A stretch of DNA of 64,000 bases, from IMG/VR virus record IMGVR_UViG_3300042914_003341, one strand, 5' to 3'. Origin of the DNA: an uncultured virus (IMG/VR IMGVR_UViG_3300042914_003341) (Duplodnaviria; Heunggongvirae; Uroviricota; Caudoviricetes). Numbering within the stretch: the first letter of the stretch is position 1; each line of letters opens with the position of its first letter. The translations under genes were made by a program, and so were the position numbers. Below the pieces are notes generated by a model, which saw only the letters and a program-made list of their open reading frames with translations, was not told the DNA's origin and searched no databases. Below are positions 32,681 through 42,168 of this stretch, in pieces.

Positions 32681-33351
32681 TGTTCTTCTGCTTTCGTTTC
32701 CACTTGGATGATCATGAGTTTTCTTGCAACGTTGATTGTCTTGAGCCCTGTGCCTGGATGTTGGATGGTTTTGCCGCCGTCGTCGTGCACATGACCATGG
32801 ATATGATATCTGATGTTCAGGTGCTTGTGGATTTCATCCTCCAGGCCCATAACACCCCACTCAGGTTTGTTGTCACAAAGAACTGTTGAGCTTGGAGAGT
32901 GCGTGACGAGAATGTCTGGTTCAAGGTTGCAAGCACGCACAGAATATTCTCTCAATTCCTTTGGAGAGGCATCGAGGTTTGTGGCACCGAAACCTGCAAA
33001 GGACAATCCAAGAATATTGCAGAGGCTGTTGTGAGTGATCTTATGGCTGTTTGGAATGTGATACTTGAGTTGATCATGTAGAGATATTGCGTCATGGTTT
33101 CCATCGACGGACAGGATGGGTTTGCCGCCTAGAAGGGAGATGAACTGGTTGCGGTTCTTGTTCCACCATTCCAGTTGACCTTTCTTCTCGTAGGGTGATC
33201 CATACCATGCAATGTCTGGGAAGAAATCACCGCAAGAAACCCAGAATTCCACGTGATCATACCAACTGTTCTTGCCGTTGTTACCAATCCCAAGAATGTT
33301 GGCATAGCCGCCGTGTAAATCTGAGAATATTCCTATGTTTCTTGTGGCCAT
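32677..33351 (-). CDS. calcineurin-like metallophosphoesterase
   Basis: SDLHG, GDF, GNHD, THSP, HGHVH. Confidence 0.92.
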   Translation of the reverse strand: MATRNIGIFSDLHGGYANILGIGNNGKNSWYDHVEFWVSCGDFFPDIAWYGSPYEKKGQLEWWNKNRNQFISLLGGKPILSVDGNHDAISLHDQLKYHIPNSHKITHNSLCNILGLSFAGFGATNLDASPKELREYSVRACNLEPDILVTHSPSSTVLCDNKPEWGVMGLEDEIHKHLNIRYHIHGHVHDDGGKTIQHPGTGLKTINVARKLMIIQVETKAEEQ

Positions 33352-33368
33352 GGTCGTCTTGTGTGTTT

Positions 33369-33854
33369 TTAGTTAAATTGTTTGGTGTTTGACTCGAACT
33401 CTGCGGGATGTTCGCGTTTGTATTGATCAACGATAGAATTGTGTACTGTTGCAGCAACCAACCTGCCATCGCAAGTGAAAAGTCGTAGAATAACCGAGCC
33501 ATCCTCGATTGGATGCTTTTGTTTTCCAAGCACGACACCACCATCAATTTTGTCGCCATCGGATTTCTTGAGGATCTGCAAGATTTCTTTTATGTTTGTG
33601 TCAGACGAGATCTTGCGCAGACGAAATTCATCAGACTTGATGAAATCCATGTACATGTCATGGTTCTTGTAACATTTGCACTTCTCCATCAGCCCAGCAG
33701 GCAGGAAATCTCCCACCTCAATCCCATACTTCATCTGTTTGAGGACAGATACATTTTCTTGTTTCTTTGCAGACCGTGTGCTAGCTGATTTTTTTATTGG
33801 CAATGGTGTTGTGTTTGATGATTCTTGCATAGTTTCCCGTCGAGTCAGCACCAA
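33369..33854 (-). CDS. hypothetical protein
   Basis: 161-aa ORF; start probably ATG at 33830. Confidence 0.6.
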   Translation of the reverse strand: MVLTRRETMQESSNTTPLPIKKSASTRSAKKQENVSVLKQMKYGIEVGDFLPAGLMEKCKCYKNHDMYMDFIKSDEFRLRKISSDTNIKEILQILKKSDGDKIDGGVVLGKQKHPIEDGSVILRLFTCDGRLVAATVHNSIVDQYKREHPAEFESNTKQFN

Positions 33855-34203
33855 GCAACTTGCAACAACGCGTCTTGAGAATCACAATTCAAAAACCTTG
33901 GCTTGTTGTTTAGTAGTAGGGTGCCAGAGTTTGTTTACTGTGAATCTTGTGTGCCGTGCTAGGCTTGTATCTGAGTCTCTACTAACCTTGGCTCGGTGTC
34001 AAGGATCTGTACAAGAACATATCAAATCATACTGTGTAGCAAGCATATCATTGATATGAACTTTTTAACCTCCTGTCGTTCTTCCTGTCTCGGTGGTCCC
34101 CTACCCTATCCGAGCAAGAGAGGATAAGAAGAGTATGGGGTATACTAGTTCTTAGGTACCTAGTAAGAGGTTATATGATAGAAGGAAATAGTTTGTGATG
34201 GAT

Positions 34204-34608
34204 TCAGACAATGATTTTGTAATCTACTAGCTGACGCAGAGCTAGGCTTCCAATCATCGATCTGATTTGAGAAATGCCATGTTCACTGAACAGATCCGGT
34301 ACCGGTCTTTCTGCTGAGATGAAATGCTCGATGTTTATTCGTTCTTTTGTCGTTATGCTTTTGATTCTATCAGTCACAAGACACAGGGTGACAGTAAGAG
34401 ATGGGTAAATAAAAGCGTATTCATCAAACACCTCAAGCACCAGAAAGAATAGGTCTTTTCTTTTCATTGGATTGTTTGGGGAACCACCAATGATCACCCC
34501 AGCATCCCCAACTTCAGGCTTTCTCCAAGTGAACTGGACAACCTCTTGATTGGTTGCTATACTAACCTCAGTAGTAGGGTTTTGCAAGACTTGTTGTTTC
34601 TGTGTCAA
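34204..34608 (-). CDS. hypothetical protein
   Basis: 134-aa ORF. Confidence 0.55.
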   Translation of the reverse strand: MTQKQQVLQNPTTEVSIATNQEVVQFTWRKPEVGDAGVIIGGSPNNPMKRKDLFFLVLEVFDEYAFIYPSLTVTLCLVTDRIKSITTKERINIEHFISAERPVPDLFSEHGISQIRSMIGSLALRQLVDYKIIV

Positions 34609-34681
34609 TGAACACGAACTTCATCGGAGGCAGTTTGGTTGGATTCATCGTTTTCTTCTTCTTATTTCTTTTGTGTTTTAA

Positions 34682-34822
34682 TCAGTGGATGAGATGCTGA
34701 GTGTTTTGCTGTGAAGAATGACGTAAGTTCTGGCTGCGATTGATTGCAGCCATGGACATAGTAATTCCTATCAGACAAACGATCAGTGTGCCTAGTAGAT
34801 AAGCTTTGGTTGTTAATGACAT
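34682..34822 (-). CDS. small membrane protein
   Basis: Single hydrophobic helix; downstream of promoter-like 34839-34867. Confidence 0.45.
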   Translation of the reverse strand: MSLTTKAYLLGTLIVCLIGITMSMAAINRSQNLRHSSQQNTQHLIH

Positions 34823-34885
34823 ATGCTGTGTGTGATCAGGTGTATCACAACAGGCCAGCGATGTCAAGCAGGAAGGGGAGAAAGG

Positions 34886-35158
34886 TCAGTCGACTTCTGG
34901 GTCAGCGTTCAGGGTTAGTTCATAAACTTGCGCAGGCTCTACAACATCTCTTGCAGCCTCAGCTTTGGACGAATCACTATAAACACCTACCGGTGCACCT
35001 AGTCCATCCGGACTCATCTGCACTACAACGAACACGGTTGTCGATGGCATGGTCGGTGCAGGATCTGCCGTCATTCCTGGAAGTGATCCTGAGTCTTGTT
35101 CTTTCAACCATTTTGCTTTGATTTTTTTGCCGAAGATAGCTTGCTGTAGTTTGCCCAT
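34886..35158 (-). CDS. hypothetical protein (possible head-packaged)
   Basis: WLKE possible cleavage site; TAGTTA upstream. Confidence 0.65.
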   Translation of the reverse strand: MGKLQQAIFGKKIKAKWLKEQDSGSLPGMTADPAPTMPSTTVFVVVQMSPDGLGAPVGVYSDSSKAEAARDVVEPAQVYELTLNADPEVD

Positions 35159-35178
35159 GGTAGTATTATACCAGCTAA

Positions 35179-35592
35179 CTACTCAACAGACAGATGGATC
35201 GAACCAGCTATCCATTCTGCTAGGAATGAATGTTCTGGGGATGTAGATGAAGAATATATGCCAGATGTTCCATCGCTGGCTTCAATCAGAGAATCTATCA
35301 AGTCTTCTAGCTCGGGTGATGTGTCGAACCATTCACCGTGATGGTTTGTGGCGGCGAATATCTTGTGGAGTTGTTTCTCCTGTTCTGGAGTGCCAGGAGT
35401 TTCTGTGAGAATTCTGAGAGAGGTTGCCGCGAAAGTCTGTGATTCTCTGAGCCTTGCTTCCGGAGTTCTCGTGGTGAAACCTATCTTGATCAACCCTGAC
35501 GTCTCACACTTGATGAAGTAGATCGTGTCACGTCTAACGACGTTTGGTTTTGTTTTTATTCTTCTTCTTGCTCTTGGCAGGTTTGCTTCCAT
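35179..35592 (-). CDS. GIY-YIG/T5orf172-family protein
   Basis: IYFIK, IKIGFT, EARL, EKQLH, GEWF. Confidence 0.85.
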   Translation of the reverse strand: MEANLPRARRRIKTKPNVVRRDTIYFIKCETSGLIKIGFTTRTPEARLRESQTFAATSLRILTETPGTPEQEKQLHKIFAATNHHGEWFDTSPELEDLIDSLIEASDGTSGIYSSSTSPEHSFLAEWIAGSIHLSVE

Positions 35593-35977
35593 CTTCATCT
35601 TTTTGCACAGGTGAAGATGATACTTGAACAATCTCCGGTTCATTGGCCAATGGCTGAGGAACAACATCCTCTTCTGTAAACGGCATTGAGCCGTTGCGCA
35701 TGTCATGCAACGCCTGAACTCTCTGCATAGAGTATGGAGTCAGACGCAAGAACACAGGATTCGCAGGAGATTGGACAACATATGGCCGCAAACCATTCAC
35801 AGATCCAACACCAACCATCACGAAATGATCCAGGTTTGGGCTCACTACGTCCAGATGGAACAGAGGAGTTCCAACAGTCGATGTCTGTTCAACATTCGGA
35901 TGAGGCACCACCACGTCAATGTTTCCATGTTCCGCTAGAACACTCTGAAGCCTTTGAACTAGTTGCTTGAGCTGCAT
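35534..35977 (-). CDS. hypothetical protein with Lys-rich tail
   Basis: Follows promoter 35987-36015. Confidence 0.65.
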   Translation of the reverse strand: MQLKQLVQRLQSVLAEHGNIDVVVPHPNVEQTSTVGTPLFHLDVVSPNLDHFVMVGVGSVNGLRPYVVQSPANPVFLRLTPYSMQRVQALHDMRNGSMPFTEEDVVPQPLANEPEIVQVSSSPVQKDEDGSKPAKSKKKNKNKTKRR

Positions 35978-35986
35978 ATGAGCAGG

Positions 35987-36015
35987 ACTCTAGGAGGTGT
36001 TTGCGTCGATGTCAA
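35987..36015 (-). promoter_or_regulatory. sigma70-type promoter, near-leaderless
   Basis: TTGACA-17-TAGAGT. Confidence 0.6.
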
Positions 36016-36128
36016 GTGCTATGCTCGCCATGGCATCCTATAATCGATCCTGTGCCCGCAAACGGTTTTCTGGCAGAATCGGACAACTCACCAAGCTAGG
36101 CCGCAGAAACAATTTTTAAACGCTAGCG

Positions 36129-36866
36129 CTAGCCATACACAGGATCAAACACGCACACTGAGCCATCGGATGGTCTGATTCCGATATTATCTCTTGATAT
36201 ATCCAGAGCAGCACGTAGGTCGACGGGGTGGCGTGCTTGTGTTACCTCTGTGAGAACTTCAACAAAACGATCAAAGTCTTGTTCAGTCCAATGCAATAGT
36301 TCCAGATCTTGTTGTTTGATCATCTCACCATACACGCGTCGCATGACCCCGCCATTTATCGCGCCAATTGAATCTACCCCACGTCGGACATTGTCTAGAT
36401 TAGATAAACCAACCTTTGTGATCGTGTCCACATACTCCAGCACACACATCGTCACTGTTTCATTGACCAGTTTTATGTCTGTGTTCAAGTAATAAACATC
36501 AGGCAGTGCCGCACTATAGCTCCTGCCGCCAAGCTTCTTGCACAGCTTCAGATATTTCCAAGACATATCAGAGTCTTGGTATTTCTTGCTGAGTTTGATG
36601 ACACACTCAACTTGGCTAGCACCATCAAAGTTGATGTAAGCTTTCGCAAAGGATCCGCTGTATTCTTTGGTGTTAGCTTCAACCATCTGAAGCGCTTCCT
36701 CAAGCGCAGTACGATCGACATCGGACAATTTAACTGTTGTTGATCGATCAGGAGTTGGCAGAAAACCAGCATCTATCATATTCAAGATATTCATTGCCAT
36801 GTCCTTTTTTTCTGCGAAAAGGAGTTTTTGCAACGAAACAGCATTTATGTTGCTAGCTGTTTTCAT
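36129..36866 (-). CDS. protein kinase-like, paralogue 1
   Basis: SGSFAKA, CVIK, LPDVY, DISRDNIG, VFDP. Confidence 0.75.
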   Translation of the reverse strand: MKTASNINAVSLQKLLFAEKKDMAMNILNMIDAGFLPTPDRSTTVKLSDVDRTALEEALQMVEANTKEYSGSFAKAYINFDGASQVECVIKLSKKYQDSDMSWKYLKLCKKLGGRSYSAALPDVYYLNTDIKLVNETVTMCVLEYVDTITKVGLSNLDNVRRGVDSIGAINGGVMRRVYGEMIKQQDLELLHWTEQDFDRFVEVLTEVTQARHPVDLRAALDISRDNIGIRPSDGSVCVFDPVYG

Positions 36867-37594
36867 CAGAAGTTATAGCTCAGTGGATCGAACACGCACA
36901 GAGAACCATCCTCTCGAAAACCAAAGTTTCCCGCGTGGACGTCAATGGAACCTCCGACATCTCTCAAAGATTGAATGAATTTTGCGAGATCAGTAGAATC
37001 CCACTTGTACACAGCCAGTTTTTGTTCGATAGAATCTCTTTGAGGTTTCTTCAAACCATAAACTTCTCCGCGCATGTTCAAATCAATGATCTGTTTGTAG
37101 CTAGATTCTGCAAAACTATCGAGTAAGCTGTCTAGAAACGTTTCATGCCGTGAACTAGTCTCCACATTCACAAACTCAATCACGGCGATTTCCACCTTTT
37201 CATTATCTTTCAGGTGAGCCGTGCCCATCCAGTAAACATCTGGGAATGCGGCGCAGTAGTTCCTGCCGCCATGATCCATGCAATACTTCAAGTATTTCAT
37301 TCCTTGATCGATGTTTGGATCTGCAATCTGGACCTTGATCACGCACTCTACTGGGCCACTCCCAAAGTCAATCAGTGCAGCACTAAAGGCGCCACGTTTC
37401 TCCTTGAGGCGCAGGCTGTTTGCTGCGAAGCTTAGATTCTCAATGAAATCGTCAACTTCCATTTTTGAGATCTGTTGAAGACCATCTTCTCGTGGCGTAG
37501 GCAGCGCACCAAGTTCAATCATCCGGATCAAGTCCATGGCTTGCTTCTTCTTCTCGTTCAGGTATAATACGTCTTTGAGTTTCATCATCGTCAT
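36866..37594 (-). CDS. protein kinase-like, paralogue 2
   Basis: RGAFSAA, CVIK, FPDVY, DVHAGNFG, VFDP. Confidence 0.8.
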   Translation of the reverse strand: MTMMKLKDVLYLNEKKKQAMDLIRMIELGALPTPREDGLQQISKMEVDDFIENLSFAANSLRLKEKRGAFSAALIDFGSGPVECVIKVQIADPNIDQGMKYLKYCMDHGGRNYCAAFPDVYWMGTAHLKDNEKVEIAVIEFVNVETSSRHETFLDSLLDSFAESSYKQIIDLNMRGEVYGLKKPQRDSIEQKLAVYKWDSTDLAKFIQSLRDVGGSIDVHAGNFGFREDGSLCVFDPLSYNF

Positions 37595-37599
37595 GACAT

Positions 37600-38349
37600 T
37601 CAGAAATCTTTCATTCCAAGCGGATCAAACACACAGAGCGAGCCATCAGATCTCCAGCCGGAGTTTGTTCCTTCGCTCAAGTCAAACAGCTCAACACCAT
37701 CAGTCAGTTCTAGAATAACTGTTGAAAACTTCACTAAGTCTTCGTAAGACCAATGCCATGTTTGCAACGCCTCCTGCACCACAGGGTCAGAACTAATGTT
37801 GGTTTTTGTTTTGATCGCTGCGAAAGCCTTCTCCAGAACACGCTCCAACCCTCTGCCGGTGTGTCTGTCTCTGGTCACAGCAACAAACTCCATCACACAA
37901 ACTGGGAGTTGAGTATTGTTTGCGAGCTCAAGCGTGTTGAGATAGTAGATGTCCGGGAATGGAGTGCAAGAGCTCCTGCCGCCGAGCTCTTGCACCATTG
38001 CAGCGTAATTCCAGAAGTAGTCGTTCTTCCACGTTCTGTGTTTTGGAAATTCCACTCCCATATCGTTGAATGGATATCCAAACTTGATCACTGTCTCCAA
38101 ACTCCCAGCCCCAAGATCAACCATGGCTGTCGAGAAATAACCGCCAAAACCTTTGATCGTGTCTAAACCTGTCAGAGTGGTGAACAGCCTGTGGAAATCT
38201 TCTAGTGAGAGATACTTCAACTCAACTCTCTGGCCGTTCTTTGTCGTGAGATAACCGGCTTCTAACTGAGCCAGGATGCTCATTGCTTGTTCTTTTCTCT
38301 CACGGAACAGGATCGATGACAGCGTTGCATGCATGGTCTTTGAACTCAC
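37600..38349 (-). CDS. protein kinase-like, paralogue 3
   Basis: GGYFSTA, TVIK, FPDIY, DLSEGTNSG, VFDP. Confidence 0.75.
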   Translation of the reverse strand: MSSKTMHATLSSILFRERKEQAMSILAQLEAGYLTTKNGQRVELKYLSLEDFHRLFTTLTGLDTIKGFGGYFSTAMVDLGAGSLETVIKFGYPFNDMGVEFPKHRTWKNDYFWNYAAMVQELGGRSSCTPFPDIYYLNTLELANNTQLPVCVMEFVAVTRDRHTGRGLERVLEKAFAAIKTKTNISSDPVVQEALQTWHWSYEDLVKFSTVILELTDGVELFDLSEGTNSGWRSDGSLCVFDPLGMKDF

Positions 38350-39074
38350 TGACTTAGCGGATCAAACACACAGACAGTGTTGTCGCTTCTCAAGCCCAGA
38401 TTGTCTCGTTTGATATCGGTAGAACCACCAACCACACCCAACGACATTACAAACCTAGCTAGATCTTGAACAGTCCAGCCAAGTATTGCTAGTAAGTGTT
38501 GCCTTTCATTCGCAGTCGACTCAATTGCCTTGAGTTCTGCTGCGACCTGATGCGCATCGTTCCAGTCCAAACCCCATCGATCGTACGTGGCAGCTAACAA
38601 AGTGTTGATCTTCGAAGACAGAACACTGCCTTGAGAATTCTTGAGGACATTGACAAACTCAATCACTGCAATATCAACATCTCTGTCTCGCGTCTTCACA
38701 TTGCCAAGGTAATAAACGTCTGGGAAAGCAGCACAATAGCTCCTGCCACCTTTCTCTTTGCAGTAGGTGAGATAGTCAAAGGCTTTGTCGCCTTCATACT
38801 CGCCAATCCCAACTTTGATCACACATTCCACAGGACCATTCCCAAAGTCAATCATGGCAGTAGAGAAGGCGCCTGAGTATTTTTCCAGGCTAGTTGTTTT
38901 TGCGGCTCTACCAAGAAGATACAGAAACTCTTCCGAGTGAATATCCTCGATTCGCCTCATCTCGTTTGGATTTGCAACGCTTGGCAAAACTCCAAGCTCG
39001 ATCATCTTCATCAGGTTCATTGCGCGGTCTTTGCGCTCAGAGAGGAACAAGAGATCGGAAAGTTTTAGTCTCAT
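38346..39074 (-). CDS. protein kinase-like, paralogue 4
   Basis: SGAFSTA, CVIK, FPDVY, DIKRDNLG, VFDP. Confidence 0.78.
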   Translation of the reverse strand: MRLKLSDLLFLSERKDRAMNLMKMIELGVLPSVANPNEMRRIEDIHSEEFLYLLGRAAKTTSLEKYSGAFSTAMIDFGNGPVECVIKVGIGEYEGDKAFDYLTYCKEKGGRSYCAAFPDVYYLGNVKTRDRDVDIAVIEFVNVLKNSQGSVLSSKINTLLAATYDRWGLDWNDAHQVAAELKAIESTANERQHLLAILGWTVQDLARFVMSLGVVGGSTDIKRDNLGLRSDNTVCVFDPLSQ

Positions 39075-39100
39075 GTTGTTAGTGAAGGTAACTACGACTC

Positions 39101-39868
39101 TTAGACCGCTGACAAATATTTGTTCGGGATCGAACCATACACAATCACAGTGTCATAGTCAATCCCGGAATCCGAGATCTCATGGTCCAAATCAACACCA
39201 AGCATGCTGGATATCGCGCCAATTAATTGGTGCTCTAGGATTTCTGGTTCTTCCGACACAAATGGCATGTAGTTGTCACGTTTCATTGCTAGTGTATCAA
39301 TCTTCACTATGTCTCCATAACTCTGCGCAATTTCATCGTTGGATGTAGTGAACACAGCGTCACCAACATGTTTGTTGTTCAAACCGCGTGTTTCACTCCG
39401 CGGCTCAATGCCCGTTGCAAGGACAGAATCAATATCACTGCTGCCATGATAAAGAATCGGCGGGGAAGACCAGAACTCTTGGTTGAATTTGAGCTCATGG
39501 TCTTCTTCGAAGAACGAGTGCAAGTCATCGTGCATCGTGATGTTGCTAATGAATTCTTCAGGTCTTTCACCATCTTGAACCATGCCATTTGCAATGTCAT
39601 GCACAAGAGTCTTGCGCGCACTTGCTGTTACATAAACTTTCTTGCTGGGAGTGAAAACAACTTTGCGAAAAGAAAACACACCCGGGTTTAGACGTGCTTG
39701 TTCTCTGGCTAGCCGCAAAAACTCGACCTCTTGCAGCTCTAGCTCATCGCTCAAAGCGTAGTACAATGGCCATTTTGTGCTGGTTTCGGCAGAACTGCCA
39801 GCAATTCCATCCATCGGCAAATTCAACTGCTGAGAGTTTTCAAACAATAAAGTTGCAAGATCGATCAT
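39101..39868 (-). CDS. ADP-ribosyltransferase/KptA(Tpt1)-fold protein
   Basis: LYHGS..I...GIEPR, AVFTT, AQSYG, SIPNKYL. Confidence 0.6.
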   Translation of the reverse strand: MIDLATLLFENSQQLNLPMDGIAGSSAETSTKWPLYYALSDELELQEVEFLRLAREQARLNPGVFSFRKVVFTPSKKVYVTASARKTLVHDIANGMVQDGERPEEFISNITMHDDLHSFFEEDHELKFNQEFWSSPPILYHGSSDIDSVLATGIEPRSETRGLNNKHVGDAVFTTSNDEIAQSYGDIVKIDTLAMKRDNYMPFVSEEPEILEHQLIGAISSMLGVDLDHEISDSGIDYDTVIVYGSIPNKYLSAV

Positions 39869-39938
39869 GGCAATGATACGACTAACTATCCAGCCAGCAA
39901 CTCATCAGGCGGGGCTGGCATACAAGCCAACTGTTTGG

Positions 39939-40823
39939 TCACAGTGAGGCTCTCAAGGTTTTGTAGAAACTATCAGCGTCAACATTGGCTGGCAACCCAG
40001 CAGTACAACCATCATTCAACTCAACAACAATCCACTCGCCATTGGTTGTCATTGCAACGTCGATCACATAAAATCTCAGATCATCGACCAACGATTTGTG
40101 AGGGTCCAGTTTGGCGATTGTTTTAGGAATGATGTCGTCGAGAAAAGACATGTCTGCTGATTGATCAATGTTCTCAGGCCAGTAGTGCCCTGCGGCGATC
40201 ACTTTGCCGTCGAGGACAAACACTCGATATTCTTCTGACACTGGGCAACACTCTGGAAATTGGTCGTTGATCAGTCTATTCAAGAGAACATGAGGACGAA
40301 CCACAACATCTTCTGGGGAGTGACCGGCGGCAAAGAGATTTGCGGCAATCGCCTTTGTTTCTTCAAAGTTCTTGGCAAACATGTGACTCGACCAACGCTC
40401 CTTCATCGACTTCTCTCTGGTTTTCAGAACGAAACCACCAGAGATTGGCCATGGGCATGCTTTGAGCGCTAGGTTTGTGTTAGAACCCATCTGCATCATC
40501 AGAAACTGATTCCATGGATAACTCCACGGTGTCAGATCAGGTCCAAGATCCTCTTGATATGACAAGATATCGCGGAGATAGTTTGTGGCGTGTTTGCCGT
40601 TGATTGGCACGCATCCTGATTCAACAATGTCGTCGATGACTTCGTTGTGATGCGGCCACAGAAAGAACCTGGGAATCACCAGAGTTTCTTCTGGGTATTG
40701 AACTAGTTTGGTTCTGAGGTCTAGGACGTCAAACCCATTTGATTGGATGGCGGTCAGTTCTTCGGTCTGCTCGACCTTAGAAATAACACCTTTACGAAAC
40801 AATACGATTGGTGTGTTGCTCAT
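39939..40823 (-). CDS. ATP-grasp protein (R2K/DUF4343-like)
   Basis: FVLKTREKSMK, EYRVFVLDG, YVIDVA, WIVVELNDG. Confidence 0.85.
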   Translation of the reverse strand: MSNTPIVLFRKGVISKVEQTEELTAIQSNGFDVLDLRTKLVQYPEETLVIPRFFLWPHHNEVIDDIVESGCVPINGKHATNYLRDILSYQEDLGPDLTPWSYPWNQFLMMQMGSNTNLALKACPWPISGGFVLKTREKSMKERWSSHMFAKNFEETKAIAANLFAAGHSPEDVVVRPHVLLNRLINDQFPECCPVSEEYRVFVLDGKVIAAGHYWPENIDQSADMSFLDDIIPKTIAKLDPHKSLVDDLRFYVIDVAMTTNGEWIVVELNDGCTAGLPANVDADSFYKTLRASL

Positions 40824-41257
40824 TCTTTCATGAGCTTATCACTTCCATCATCGTCTGTCAAAGCAGCGGCCAGACTATAGAATGTTGCGCTCACGATATT
40901 CACCGCAAGAACGCTTTTGAAAGCGAATGTTGTCAACCAGATCGGCCCCGACAGACCAATCAGTTTGAAAAGGATCACCCATCCAAGCGCGGCAAATGCC
41001 ATCATCAAGATTTCGAAGAAAACAGCGAGACGCCAAAAGATCATGGTTGGTTTACCAGCAGCCCAGGTGTGTCCGGAACGTTCCAAGATTTTTTCTGATT
41101 CCCCTTCACCAAGCAACTCATCAATAAATGCAACAAGGTTTTTGTCAAACTTCGCACGTGTGTTTGGGTAGAAGAAAAGAATCCATACAGTCAGTGCGAA
41201 CGTTGCGATCAGCAGGCGCATGAAAACGTTTGCAAGAAAAACTTTGATCAGTTTCAT
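40820..41257 (-). CDS. membrane protein
   Basis: Three hydrophobic helices. Confidence 0.7.
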   Translation of the reverse strand: MKLIKVFLANVFMRLLIATFALTVWILFFYPNTRAKFDKNLVAFIDELLGEGESEKILERSGHTWAAGKPTMIFWRLAVFFEILMMAFAALGWVILFKLIGLSGPIWLTTFAFKSVLAVNIVSATFYSLAAALTDDDGSDKLMKE

Positions 41258-41285
41258 TCAATACTTTCTTTATGGCGTGGAAATG

Positions 41286-41314
41286 AAAGACAAACGGGGC
41301 TTGAAAGCCCCGTT
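41286..41314 (-). terminator. intrinsic terminator
   Basis: AACGGGGC-TTTCAA-GCCCCGTT followed by TGTCTTT. Confidence 0.7.
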
Positions 41315-41345
41315 GTGTTCTAGTTGGTTTTATTCCTGGAGATTA

Positions 41346-42098
41346 TCAACCAACCGACTGGATCGAAGGAGGTACAACGGGGCCAAGCACACCCGTAGCG
41401 CGGAGGAATGTTTGCAGAGTGTTATTGGTTTGTAGGTTGGATGGAGTGGTCGTGCGTGCTAGTGCTTGAAGTGAAGCAACCAGATCAGCCGACTCGCGAG
41501 TGTTCGCCTCGACAGAAACAGCGTTGAGCTTCCGACGTGCTGCACGAACCAGACCTCCTGGAAGGTCGAGATTCTGGAAGTATTCGATGACATCGTCGGC
41601 CAGATCAAGAACTGGCCCTTGCTCTCCCTCGGCCAGATAACCATCAAACCGATCATCCAGATCAGAGTCGAACTCGATCACGCTTTGGAGAATCGCCTTG
41701 AGTACATCAAAAGCATTTGGACGCTCTTGATCGACAGTGCAATCGTTCAGGAGCTCCAGGTTGACCCGCAGCGCATGCTGTGCACGCGTGAGGAACTGCA
41801 CTCCATCACTGGTCTGGTCGACTGACTTCGACGAGAAAACCTGCATGATCTTGTCCTGCTCCTCGGCACGACGGTTCGCACGGCCCTCTGCGATGGTGCG
41901 GCCCTGTGACTTCCGAAAAGTATCACCGTTGCGGCCAGAGCAGAAGCTGGTGCCAATGAAAAGGTCAGAACCCTTACGGACAGTGGCAATGCAGCCAACC
42001 AGCCGGTTCTTTGAGTCTGCGAGGTAGAGGTAATGGACCCCGCGAGTGCTGGGGTGCTGGTGAGTAGTAGAAGGCGCCTGTGTTTGTGTGTTGCTCAT
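41346..42098 (-). CDS. hypothetical phage protein
   Basis: SFCS..DTFRKSQGRTIAEGRA motif of a kind seen in small phage domains. Confidence 0.7.
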   Translation of the reverse strand: MSNTQTQAPSTTHQHPSTRGVHYLYLADSKNRLVGCIATVRKGSDLFIGTSFCSGRNGDTFRKSQGRTIAEGRANRRAEEQDKIMQVFSSKSVDQTSDGVQFLTRAQHALRVNLELLNDCTVDQERPNAFDVLKAILQSVIEFDSDLDDRFDGYLAEGEQGPVLDLADDVIEYFQNLDLPGGLVRAARRKLNAVSVEANTRESADLVASLQALARTTTPSNLQTNNTLQTFLRATGVLGPVVPPSIQSVG

Positions 42099-42131
42099 GA
42101 TGTGTCTGTATCAGATCCTTTCTTGAGATCC

Positions 42132-42160
42132 ACACTAGCAGACGACCAGAGCCTTGTCAA
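42132..42160 (-). promoter_or_regulatory. sigma70-type promoter
   Basis: TTGACA-17-TAGTGT with extended TG. Confidence 0.7.
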
Positions 42161-42168
42161 GTGGAGCG

